From Mycobacterium tuberculosis H37Rv (GTDB lineage: Bacteria > Actinomycetota > Actinomycetes > Mycobacteriales > Mycobacteriaceae), in the NCBI RefSeq assembly GCF_000195955.2, contig NC_000962.3, positions 3,450,001-3,482,000 of the forward strand: 32,000 nt of DNA, written 5' to 3'. Below are positions 1 through 9,115 of the stretch, piece by piece. A model generated the notes under the pieces. That model made no database searches and was not told where the DNA came from. It saw nothing but the letters and a program-made list of their open reading frames with translations. Each line of letters opens with the position of its first letter. Position 1 is the first letter of the stretch. The position numbers and the translations under genes were made by a program.

Positions 1-923
1 ACCTGCGCAAAAACGTCATCCGGTCCGTATTACGTGGTGCCCGGCCACTGTTCGCTTCCCGCCGGCTGGGTATTGCCGGCCGTCGAGTCCTGCTGGCGAC
101 GCTGACGGCCGGCGCGCGCGCCCCCAAGGGCACCCGCTTTCAGCGCGTCAGCATCGCCGGTGTCCCGGTCCAGCGGGTGCAACCCCCCCATGCGGCAACC
201 AGCGGGACGCTGATCTACCTGCACGGCGGTGCCTACGCCCTGGGCAGCGCCCGGGGCTACCGCGGCCTGGCCGCCCAGCTCGCGGCGGCGGCCGGAATGA
301 CGGCGCTGGTCCCCGACTACACCCGCGCACCGCACGCCCACTATCCAGTGGCCCTCGAAGAGATGGCTGCGGTGTACACCCGCTTGCTCGACGACGGGCT
401 CGACCCGAAAACGACCGTCATCGCCGGTGATTCGGCTGGCGGAGGGTTGACCCTGGCGCTGGCCATGGCGCTGCGCGATCGCGGCATCCAGGCCCCGGCC
501 GCACTCGGCCTGATCTGCCCGTGGGCCGATCTCGCCGTCGACATCGAAGCGACGCGACCGGCGCTGCGCGATCCGCTCATTCTTCCGTCGATGTGCACCG
601 AATGGGCGCCGCGCTACGTAGGGTCCTCCGATCCGCGGCTGCCCGGTATCTCCCCGGTCTACGGCGACATGAGCGGCCTGCCGCCCATCGTCATGCAGAC
701 CGCGGGCGACGATCCGATCTGCGTTGACGCGGACAAGATCGAAACCGCCTGCGCCGCTTCGAAAACAAGCATCGAGCATCGCCGGTTCGCGGGCATGTGG
801 CACGACTTCCATCTGCAGGTCAGTCTGCTCCCCGAAGCCCGCGACGCGATCGCCGACCTCGGGGCAAGGCTGCGCGGCCACCTCCACCAATCGCAGGGAC
901 AACCACGGGGAGTAGTCAAATGA
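1..923 (+). CDS. lipR: Hormone-sensitive-lipase-family esterase/acetyl hydrolase (LipR, Rv3084-like). The 5' end is cut by the window edge by a few nt.
   Basis: Frame 3 is open from position 3 ([17 protein letters not shown]...) to TGA at 921-923. HGGAY oxyanion motif and GDSAGG nucleophile elbow are present. The ORF-track Met at 177 is internal. Confidence 0.9.
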
Positions 924-1750
924 GCTCATTCGAAGGCAAGGTCGCCGTCATCACCGGGGCCGGCTCGGGCATCGGCAGAGCGTTGGCACTCAACCTCTCC
1001 GAGAAGCGCGCAAAGCTTGCCCTTTCCGATGTCGACACCGACGGGCTGGCCAAAACCGTGCGCCTGGCTCAAGCGCTCGGCGCGCAGGTGAAGTCGGACC
1101 GGCTCGACGTCGCCGAACGCGAGGCGGTGCTGGCCCACGCCGACGCCGTCGTCGCACATTTCGGCACCGTGCACCAGGTCTACAACAACGCCGGCATCGC
1201 GTACAACGGCAACGTCGACAAGTCGGAGTTCAAGGACATCGAGCGCATCATCGACGTCGACTTCTGGGGCGTCGTCAACGGCACCAAAGCCTTTCTGCCG
1301 CACGTGATTGCCTCCGGCGACGGACACATCGTCAACATCTCCAGCCTGTTCGGGCTGATCGCGGTGCCCGGGCAAAGCGCCTACAACGCGGCCAAGTTCG
1401 CGGTGCGCGGCTTCACCGAGGCGCTGCGCCAGGAGATGCTGGTCGCCAGGCATCCGGTCAAGGTGACGTGCGTGCATCCCGGCGGCATCAAAACCGCCGT
1501 CGCGCGCAACGCCACCGTGGCCGACGGCGAGGACCAGCAGACGTTCGCGGAGTTCTTCGACCGCCGGCTGGCGCTGCATTCGCCGGAGATGGCCGCCAAA
1601 ACCATCGTCAACGGAGTCGCCAAGGGCCAGGCCCGCGTCGTGGTCGGCCTGGAGGCCAAAGCCGTCGATGTGCTCGCGCGCATCATGGGCTCGTCGTATC
1701 AGCGGCTGGTTGCCGCCGGCGTCGCCAAGTTCTTCCCCTGGGCCAAGTAG
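920..1750 (+). CDS. Short-chain dehydrogenase/reductase (Rv3085-like)
   Basis: The ATG at 920 overlaps the lipR stop (ATGA). TGAGSGIG Rossmann motif, NNAG and catalytic YNAAK. 276 aa. Confidence 0.9.
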
Positions 1751-1780
1751 GCCCATAGAGTTCTAGAAAGGGACACCACG

Positions 1781-2887
1781 ATGAAAACCACCGCGGCGGT
1801 ACTGTTCGAGGCGGGCAAACCGTTCGAGCTGATGGAGCTCGATCTCGACGGGCCGGGTCCGGGCGAGGTGTTGGTCAAATACACCGCCGCCGGGCTGTGC
1901 CATTCCGACCTGCACCTCACCGATGGTGATTTACCACCGCGGTTCCCGATCGTGGGCGGCCACGAAGGGTCCGGGGTCATCGAGGAGGTGGGTGCCGGCG
2001 TCACCAGGGTCAAGCCCGGAGACCACGTGGTGTGCAGCTTCATCCCGAACTGCGGGACTTGCCGCTACTGCTGCACCGGCCGGCAGAACCTGTGCGACAT
2101 GGGGGCCACCATCCTGGAGGGCTGCATGCCGGACGGCAGTTTCCGATTCCATTCCCAGGGAACAGATTTCGGCGCCATGTGCATGCTGGGCACGTTCGCC
2201 GAGCGGGCCACCGTCTCGCAGCATTCGGTGGTGAAGGTGGACGACTGGCTGCCACTGGAAACCGCGGTGCTGGTGGGCTGCGGCGTGCCGTCCGGTTGGG
2301 GCACCGCGGTCAATGCCGGAAACCTGCGGGCCGGCGACACCGCCGTCATCTACGGCGTCGGCGGCCTGGGCATCAACGCGGTCCAGGGCGCGACCGCCGC
2401 CGGCTGTAAGTACGTCGTGGTGGTGGACCCGGTGGCTTTCAAGCGCGAGACCGCGCTCAAGTTCGGCGCCACCCATGCCTTCGCCGACGCCGCCAGCGCG
2501 GCGGCCAAGGTCGACGAACTCACCTGGGGGCAGGGCGCCGACGCGGCGCTGATCCTGGTGGGCACCGTCGACGACGAGGTGGTCTCGGCCGCGACCGCGG
2601 TGATCGGCAAGGGCGGCACCGTCGTCATCACCGGGCTGGCGGACCCGGCCAAACTCACCGTGCACGTCTCCGGAACCGATTTGACGCTGCACGAGAAAAC
2701 GATCAAGGGCTCGCTGTTCGGTTCCTGCAATCCGCAATACGACATCGTGCGGCTGCTGCGCCTCTACGACGCCGGCCAGCTGATGCTGGACGAACTCGTG
2801 ACCACCACCTACAACCTCGAACAGGTGAACCAGGGCTACCAGGATCTGCGGGACGGCAAGAACATTCGGGGCGTGATCGTGCACTGA
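1781..2887 (+). CDS. adhD: Zinc-type alcohol dehydrogenase (AdhD, Rv3086-like)
   Basis: 368-aa ORF. GHEGSG catalytic-zinc motif, CGTCRYCCTGRQNLC structural-zinc cluster, GVGGLG NAD fold. AAAGGGA ribosome-binding site upstream. Confidence 0.9.
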   Translation: MKTTAAVLFEAGKPFELMELDLDGPGPGEVLVKYTAAGLCHSDLHLTDGDLPPRFPIVGGHEGSGVIEEVGAGVTRVKPGDHVVCSFIPNCGTCRYCCTGRQNLCDMGATILEGCMPDGSFRFHSQGTDFGAMCMLGTFAERATVSQHSVVKVDDWLPLETAVLVGCGVPSGWGTAVNAGNLRAGDTAVIYGVGGLGINAVQGATAAGCKYVVVVDPVAFKRETALKFGATHAFADAASAAAKVDELTWGQGADAALILVGTVDDEVVSAATAVIGKGGTVVITGLADPAKLTVHVSGTDLTLHEKTIKGSLFGSCNPQYDIVRLLRLYDAGQLMLDELVTTTYNLEQVNQGYQDLRDGKNIRGVIVH

Positions 2888-2921
2888 CCAGCTTCCACCA
2901 ACCACGAATCCAGAGAGGACG

Positions 2922-4343
2922 ATGATGCGCAGGCTCAACGGCGTTGACGCGCTGATGCTGTATCTCGACGGCGGCAGCGCCTACAACCACACCCTCAAGA
3001 TCAGCGTGCTCGACCCGTCGACCGACCCGGACGGCTGGTCGTGGCCGAAGGCGCGGCAGATGTTCGAGGAGCGCGCCCACCTGCTTCCGGTCTTCCGGCT
3101 GCGGTACCTGCCCACACCGCTGGGCCTGCATCACCCGATCTGGGTCGAGGATCCCGAATTCGACCTCGACGCGCACGTGCGCCGGGTCGTCTGTCCCGCC
3201 CCGGGCGGGATGGCGGAATTCTGCGCGCTCGTCGAGCAGATCTACGCCCACCCGCTGGATCGCGACCGCCCGCTGTGGCAGACCTGGGTGGTCGAGGGCC
3301 TCGACGGCGGCCGCGTCGCCCTGGTCACGCTGCTGCACCACGCCTACTCCGACGGCGTCGGCGTGCTGGACATGCTCGCCGCGTTCTACAACGACACGCC
3401 TGACGAGGCCCCCGTGGTTGCGCCCCCGTGGGAGCCGCCGCCGCTGCCGTCCACCCGGCAACGCCTCGGTTGGGCCCTGCGGGACCTGCCCTCCAGGCTC
3501 GGCAAGATCGCGCCGACCGTGCGGGCCGTTCGTGATCGGGTGCGCATCGAACGGGAGTTCGCCAAAGACGGCGACCGGCGCGTCCCGCCCACGTTCGACC
3601 GCTCCGCACCGCCGGGCCCGTTTCAGCGCGGGCTGTCGCGCAGCCGGCGGTTCTCCTGCGAATCGTTCCCGCTCGCCGAGGTTCGCGAGGTGAGCAAGAC
3701 GCTGGGCGTCACCATCAACGACGTCTTTTTGGCGTGTGTGGCCGGTGCCGTTCGTCGCTATCTGGAGCGTTGCGGCTCCCCTCCCACCGACGCGATGGTG
3801 GCCACGATGCCGCTCGCGGTCACCCCGGCGGCCGAGCGCGCCCACCCCGGCAACTACTCGTCGGTCGACTACGTCTGGCTACGCGCCGACATCGCCGACC
3901 CGCTCGAGCGGCTACACGCGACCCACCTCGCCGCCGAGGCCACCAAGCAGCACTTCGCCCAGACCAAGGACGCCGACGTCGGCGCGGTGGTCGAGCTGCT
4001 GCCGGAACGCCTCATCTCGGGCCTGGCGCGTGCCAACGCGCGCACCAAGGGCCGCTTCGACACCTTCAAGAACGTGGTCGTGTCCAACGTGCCGGGGCCG
4101 CGTGAGCCGCGGTATCTCGGCCGCTGGCGCGTCGACCAGTGGTTTTCCACCGGGCAGATCTCCCACGGCGCCACGCTCAACATGACCGTCTGGAGCTATT
4201 GCGACCAGTTCAACCTGTGCGTAATGGCCGACGCAGTCGCGGTTCGGAACACCTGGGAATTGCTCGGCGGCTTCCGCGCCTCGCACGAGGAGCTGCTCGC
4301 GGCGGCCCGTGCCCAAGCCACGCCCAAGGAGATGGCCACATGA
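2922..4343 (+). CDS. Wax-ester synthase / diacylglycerol acyltransferase family protein (Rv3087-like)
   Basis: 473-aa ORF with the HHAYSDG (HHxxxDG) acyltransferase motif. Tandem Met-Met start (2922/2925). Confidence 0.88.
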   Translation: MMRRLNGVDALMLYLDGGSAYNHTLKISVLDPSTDPDGWSWPKARQMFEERAHLLPVFRLRYLPTPLGLHHPIWVEDPEFDLDAHVRRVVCPAPGGMAEFCALVEQIYAHPLDRDRPLWQTWVVEGLDGGRVALVTLLHHAYSDGVGVLDMLAAFYNDTPDEAPVVAPPWEPPPLPSTRQRLGWALRDLPSRLGKIAPTVRAVRDRVRIEREFAKDGDRRVPPTFDRSAPPGPFQRGLSRSRRFSCESFPLAEVREVSKTLGVTINDVFLACVAGAVRRYLERCGSPPTDAMVATMPLAVTPAAERAHPGNYSSVDYVWLRADIADPLERLHATHLAAEATKQHFAQTKDADVGAVVELLPERLISGLARANARTKGRFDTFKNVVVSNVPGPREPRYLGRWRVDQWFSTGQISHGATLNMTVWSYCDQFNLCVMADAVAVRNTWELLGGFRASHEELLAAARAQATPKEMAT

Positions 4344-5764
4344 CCCGCATCAATCCGATCGATCTGTCCTTCCTGCTGCTGGAGCGGGCCAACCGGCCCA
4401 ACCACATGGCCGCCTACACGATCTTCGAAAAGCCGAAAGGACAGAAATCGTCGTTCGGGCCGCGCCTGTTCGATGCCTACCGGCACAGCCAGGCGGCCAA
4501 GCCCTTCAATCACAAGCTGAAATGGCTGGGCACAGATGTTGCGGCGTGGGAAACCGTCGAGCCCGACATGGGCTATCACATTCGACACCTCGCCCTGCCC
4601 GCACCGGGTTCCATGCAGCAGTTCCACGAAACGGTCTCGTTCCTCAACACCGGCCTGCTCGATAGGGGCCACCCGATGTGGGAGTGCTACATCATCGACG
4701 GCATCGAGCGCGGCCGGATCGCGATCCTGCTCAAGGTGCACCACGCGCTCATCGACGGTGAAGGCGGCCTGCGCGCGATGCGCAACTTCCTCTCCGATTC
4801 ACCGGACGACACGACGCTGGCCGGTCCCTGGATGTCGGCGCAGGGCGCCGACCGGCCACGGCGCACCCCCGCCACGGTGTCGCGCAGGGCGCAACTGCAA
4901 GGACAACTGCAAGGAATGATCAAGGGGCTGACCAAGCTGCCGAGCGGCCTGTTCGGCGTCAGCGCGGACGCGGCGGACCTTGGTGCGCAGGCACTGAGCC
5001 TCAAGGCGCGCAAGGCGTCCCTGCCCTTCACGGCGCGACGCACTCTGTTCAACAACACGGCGAAATCGGCGGCGCGCGCGTACGGGAACGTCGAGTTGCC
5101 GCTCGCCGACGTCAAGGCCCTGGCCAAGGCGACCGGCACCTCGGTCAACGACGTGGTGATGACGGTCATCGACGACGCGCTGCACCACTACCTCGCCGAA
5201 CACCAGGCGTCCACCGACCGGCCGCTGGTGGCGTTCATGCCGATGTCGCTGCGTGAGAAGTCGGGCGAGGGCGGTGGCAACCGGGTGAGCGCCGAACTGG
5301 TCCCGATGGGTGCACCCAAGGCGAGTCCCGTTGAGCGCCTTAAGGAAATCAACGCGGCGACCACACGCGCGAAGGACAAAGGGCGCGGCATGCAAACGAC
5401 GTCCCGCCAGGCCTACGCGCTGCTACTGCTCGGCAGCCTGACGGTGGCGGACGCCCTGCCCCTGCTCGGCAAGTTGCCGAGCGCGAATGTGGTGATATCA
5501 AACATGAAGGGGCCCACCGAGCAGCTCTACCTTGCCGGTGCGCCGCTGGTGGCGTTCAGTGGCCTGCCCATCGTGCCGCCGGGCGCCGGGCTTAACGTCA
5601 CCTTCGCCAGCATCAACACCGCGCTGTGCATCGCCATCGGCGCGGCACCGGAAGCCGTGCACGAACCCTCCCGGCTGGCCGAACTGATGCAACGGGCATT
5701 CACCGAGCTCCAAACCGAAGCCGGCACAACGAGTCCCACAACATCGAAGTCGAGAACCCCATGA
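4340..5764 (+). CDS. tgs4: WS/DGAT triacylglycerol synthase (Tgs4, Rv3088-like)
   Basis: The ATG at 4340 overlaps the preceding stop (ATGA). MTRINPIDLSFLLLE N-terminus and HHALIDG motif. The ORF-track start at 4139 is a spurious 5' extension. Confidence 0.9.
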   Translation: MTRINPIDLSFLLLERANRPNHMAAYTIFEKPKGQKSSFGPRLFDAYRHSQAAKPFNHKLKWLGTDVAAWETVEPDMGYHIRHLALPAPGSMQQFHETVSFLNTGLLDRGHPMWECYIIDGIERGRIAILLKVHHALIDGEGGLRAMRNFLSDSPDDTTLAGPWMSAQGADRPRRTPATVSRRAQLQGQLQGMIKGLTKLPSGLFGVSADAADLGAQALSLKARKASLPFTARRTLFNNTAKSAARAYGNVELPLADVKALAKATGTSVNDVVMTVIDDALHHYLAEHQASTDRPLVAFMPMSLREKSGEGGGNRVSAELVPMGAPKASPVERLKEINAATTRAKDKGRGMQTTSRQAYALLLLGSLTVADALPLLGKLPSANVVISNMKGPTEQLYLAGAPLVAFSGLPIVPPGAGLNVTFASINTALCIAIGAAPEAVHEPSRLAELMQRAFTELQTEAGTTSPTTSKSRTP

Positions 5765-7272
5765 AGAACATTGGCTGGATGCTCAGACAACGCGCGACCG
5801 TCTCGCCGCGGCTGCAAGCCTACGTCGAGCCGTCCACCGACGTCCGGATGACCTACGCGCAGATGAACGCGCTGGCGAACCGGTGCGCCGACGTGCTCAC
5901 CGCGCTGGGGATCGCCAAGGGCGACCGCGTGGCATTGCTGATGCCCAACAGCGTCGAGTTCTGTTGCCTGTTCTATGGCGCGGCCAAGCTCGGCGCGGTA
6001 GCGGTCCCTATCAACACCCGCCTCGCCGCACCCGAGGTGAGTTTCATCCTGTCCGACAGCGGCAGCAAGGTGGTGATCTACGGTGCGCCGTCGGCGCCGG
6101 TGATCGACGCCATCAGGGCGCAGGCCGACCCTCCGGGCACGGTCACCGACTGGATAGGCGCCGACTCGTTGGCCGAACGCCTGAGGTCGGCGGCCGCAGA
6201 CGAGCCGGCGGTCGAATGCGGCGGCGATGACAACTTGTTCATCATGTACACCTCGGGCACCACCGGACATCCCAAGGGAGTGGTGCATACCCACGAATCG
6301 GTGCATTCGGCGGCCAGTTCCTGGGCCTCGACGATCGACGTGCGCTACCGCGACCGCCTGCTGCTACCGCTGCCGATGTTCCACGTGGCGGCGTTGACGA
6401 CGGTCATCTTCAGCGCCATGCGCGGCGTCACGCTGATCTCGATGCCGCAGTTCGATGCGACGAAGGTGTGGTCACTGATCGTCGAGGAGCGGGTCTGTAT
6501 CGGTGGCGCCGTGCCGGCGATCCTCAACTTCATGCGCCAGGTGCCCGAGTTCGCCGAACTCGACGCGCCCGACTTCCGCTACTTCATCACCGGTGGCGCG
6601 CCCATGCCGGAGGCCCTGATCAAGATCTATGCCGCCAAGAACATCGAGGTCGTGCAGGGTTACGCACTCACCGAATCCTGTGGCGGCGGCACCCTGCTGC
6701 TCAGCGAAGACGCGCTGCGCAAAGCCGGCTCGGCCGGACGCGCCACCATGTTCACCGACGTGGCCGTGCGCGGTGACGACGGCGTGATCCGCGAGCACGG
6801 CGAAGGCGAAGTCGTGATCAAGTCCGACATCCTGCTCAAGGAATACTGGAATCGCCCGGAGGCCACCCGCGACGCTTTCGACAACGGTTGGTTCCGGACC
6901 GGCGACATCGGCGAAATCGATGATGAGGGCTATCTTTACATCAAGGACCGGCTGAAGGACATGATCATTTCCGGCGGCGAGAACGTCTACCCGGCCGAGA
7001 TCGAAAGTGTGATCATCGGCGTTCCCGGGGTCAGCGAGGTGGCGGTCATCGGCTTGCCCGACGAGAAGTGGGGCGAGATCGCCGCCGCCATCGTCGTTGC
7101 CGACCAGAACGAGGTCAGCGAGCAGCAGATCGTCGAGTACTGCGGAACCAGGCTCGCACGCTACAAGCTGCCCAAGAAGGTGATCTTCGCCGAGGCCATC
7201 CCCCGCAACCCGACCGGCAAGATCCTCAAAACGGTGCTGCGCGAACAGTATTCGGCGACGGTGCCGAAGTGA
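5761..7272 (+). CDS. fadD13: Fatty-acyl-CoA/AMP ligase (FadD13, Rv3089-like)
   Basis: The ATG at 5761 overlaps the tgs4 stop (ATGA). AMP-binding signature YTSGTTGHPKGV, plus GYALTE and TGDIGEIDDEGYLYIKDRLKD. 503 aa. Confidence 0.92.
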   Translation: MKNIGWMLRQRATVSPRLQAYVEPSTDVRMTYAQMNALANRCADVLTALGIAKGDRVALLMPNSVEFCCLFYGAAKLGAVAVPINTRLAAPEVSFILSDSGSKVVIYGAPSAPVIDAIRAQADPPGTVTDWIGADSLAERLRSAAADEPAVECGGDDNLFIMYTSGTTGHPKGVVHTHESVHSAASSWASTIDVRYRDRLLLPLPMFHVAALTTVIFSAMRGVTLISMPQFDATKVWSLIVEERVCIGGAVPAILNFMRQVPEFAELDAPDFRYFITGGAPMPEALIKIYAAKNIEVVQGYALTESCGGGTLLLSEDALRKAGSAGRATMFTDVAVRGDDGVIREHGEGEVVIKSDILLKEYWNRPEATRDAFDNGWFRTGDIGEIDDEGYLYIKDRLKDMIISGGENVYPAEIESVIIGVPGVSEVAVIGLPDEKWGEIAAAIVVADQNEVSEQQIVEYCGTRLARYKLPKKVIFAEAIPRNPTGKILKTVLREQYSATVPK

Positions 7273-7288
7273 TGCACGGCCCGAGCCG

Positions 7289-8071
7289 CTAGGACGGCGC
7301 GAGCCGCACGATGCCGGGAACGAGGTAGCGCGCAACGTACGCACGCAGCCCCTCGTCGTCATCGAGCGGGATCGGGCCCTCCGGCGCAGCGACCGGTAAT
7401 CCGTTGCCGTTGAGTGTGTTTGAGTTGCCCGTTCATGCGGCGGCGCTCGTCGATCTCCTCTTGCACCAGGGCCTCGACCGCCAGCCGCGAGCCGGTGATC
7501 CGGTCGTAGCTTCGGGTCCAGCGGCCGCCGCGGCTTGTCGCCCCATGCGGTTTGGATCACCCGCCGCGTGCTGCGGCTGGTGTCCAGCCAGGCGATTGCC
7601 CGCGCTCGCACCCGCTCGGCGCGCGGGTTGTCGGCGACCCCGAAGATGACCTCGGCGACGATGTCGAGCGCGATCGGGCCGGCGCGGTCTCGGAAACGGA
7701 CCTCCTCGCCCATTGGCCAGGTGGCGAGCGCCTTTCGGTCACGCGTTCCATGGCCCGCTCGTAGGACCTCAGCGCCTTTCCGCGGAAGGGCGGGCTGGCG
7801 TAGCGCCGGTCGGCGCGGTGCCTTCCATGCTGACCAGCGTGTGCTCGCCGAAGATCGCGTGGTGAGCCGGTCCATCGCCGGGGTCAGCTGAAGGACCGAG
7901 TTGCTCGCCGTGAAGACCCTCTTCACGTCTTCGGGATTGGGTCACGCACAGCGCGTCGACGGCTCCAGGCACGTTGAACAGGAAGCGATCAACCGAGTTT
8001 TGTGGTGCGCGCGTAAAACCGCTGGGGGCCAGCCAGTATTCGGCTCCAAATGCGATCGAGGATAGGCGCAC
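7289..8071 (-). pseudogene. Cytochrome P450 pseudogene remnant: N-terminal roughly 60%, several frameshifts, 3' part missing
   Basis: P450-like segments are spread over all three minus-strand frames: FNVPGAVDALCVTQ / PEDVKRVFTASNSVLQL / IFGEHTLVSMEG / RHRADRRYASPPFRGKALRSYERAMERVTERR / LATWPMGEEVRFRDRAGPIALDIVAEVIFGV / YDRITGSRLAVEALVQEEIDERRR. No I-helix, EXXR or Cys heme loop is seen before fadD13. Confidence 0.55.
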
Positions 8072-8210
8072 CCGGGGCCTCCATCGGGACTCTTCGAACT
8101 ACCACCGCTCACCTTGCAGTGCGACTACCAAGCCCGCCGACGTGTCTGCGGCGCAGTATTCTTCACGCACCTGGCCCGCGTACTCCCCGACCCAGCAAAG
8201 GAGTCCAGGA

Positions 8211-9098
8211 ATGACATGGCAGATCGTGTTCGTCGTGATATGCGTGATCGTCGCCGGCGTCGCGGCATTGTTCTGGCGACTCCCCTCCGATGACACGACG
8301 CGCAGCCGGGCCAAAACAGTGACAATAGCCGCCGTGGCAGCGGCGGCCGTGTTCTTCTTCTTGGGCTGTTTCACCATCGTTGGCACCCGCCAGTTCGCGA
8401 TTATGACCACCTTCGGCCGTCCCACCGGCGTAAGCCTGAACAACGGCTTCCACGGCAAGTGGCCCTGGCAGATGACCCATCCCATGGATGGTGCGGTGCA
8501 GATCGACAAGTACGTCAAGGAAGGCAACACCGATCAGCGCATCACGGTGCGGCTGGGCAATCAATCCACCGCGCTGGCAGACGTCAGCATCCGCTGGCAA
8601 CTCAAGCAGGCCGCTGCCCCGGAACTGTTCCAGCAGTACAAGACCTTCGACAACGTGCGCGTCAACCTGATCGAGCGCAACCTCTCGGTGGCGCTCAACG
8701 AGGTGTTCGCCGGCTTCAACCCGCTGGACCCGCGAAACCTCGACGTGTCCCCGCTGCCTTCGCTGGCCAAGCGCGCCGCCGACATCCTGCGCCAGGACGT
8801 GGGCGGGCAGGTCGACATTTTCGATGTCAATGTGCCCACCATCCAGTACGACCAGAGCACCGAGGACAAGATCAACCAGCTCAACCAGCAGCGCGCGCAG
8901 ACCTCGATCGCCCTGGAAGCACAGCGAACTGCCGAGGCCCAGGCCAAGGCCAACGAGATCCTGTCCCGCTCGATCAGCGACGACCCCAACGTGGTGGTGC
9001 AGAACTGCATTACGGCCGCGATCAACAAGGGAATCAGCCCGCTGGGTTGCTGGCCGGGAAGCTCAGCGCTACCCACCATCGCAGTGCCGGGACGGTAA
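8211..9098 (+). CDS. SPFH/band-7 (prohibitin/HflC-like) membrane-anchored protein (Rv3090-like)
   Basis: ATG at 8211 preceded by AAAGGAG. N-terminal TM helix (IVFVVICVIVAGVAALFW), a band-7-like core, and an Ala/Gln-rich coiled C-terminus. The ORF-track start at 7974 is an extension. Confidence 0.8.
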   Translation: MTWQIVFVVICVIVAGVAALFWRLPSDDTTRSRAKTVTIAAVAAAAVFFFLGCFTIVGTRQFAIMTTFGRPTGVSLNNGFHGKWPWQMTHPMDGAVQIDKYVKEGNTDQRITVRLGNQSTALADVSIRWQLKQAAAPELFQQYKTFDNVRVNLIERNLSVALNEVFAGFNPLDPRNLDVSPLPSLAKRAADILRQDVGGQVDIFDVNVPTIQYDQSTEDKINQLNQQRAQTSIALEAQRTAEAQAKANEILSRSISDDPNVVVQNCITAAINKGISPLGCWPGSSALPTIAVPGR

Positions 9099-9115
9099 CC
9101 GCGAAGATTGACCCC

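Noticed and set aside
30-3845. Long minus-strand ORFs (30-929, 926-1756, 1931-2938, 2703-3845) antisense to lipR, the SDR, adhD and the WS/DGAT gene
   Set aside because: These are typical stop-poor antisense frames of roughly 65-70% G+C DNA. The translations are Arg/Gly/Ala/Pro-rich with no motifs, and the plus-strand genes have clear catalytic motifs. The same reasoning applies to 9302-10798(-), 14424-15599(-), 24562-25212(-), 25810-26772(+) and 31430-31999(-).
7289-7400. Apparent P450 C-terminus (…ARYLVPGIVRLAPS followed by a stop) at the 3' end of the pseudogene
   Set aside because: This is a superficial resemblance only. The preceding heme-binding Cys loop and EXXR motif are missing, so it is better explained as read-through of non-homologous sequence after a deletion.
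8459-9115. 5' extension of the patatin ORF (the track ORF starts at 8459) overlapping the SPFH gene
   Set aside because: The extension is out of frame with, and fully inside, the well-supported SPFH coding sequence, and it reads as Arg/Pro/Gln-rich low-complexity sequence. The ATG at 9116 just after the SPFH stop fits. Analogous extensions were rejected for 4139-4339, 5626-5760, 7974-8210, 11735-12244, 21370-21711 and 23704-24006.
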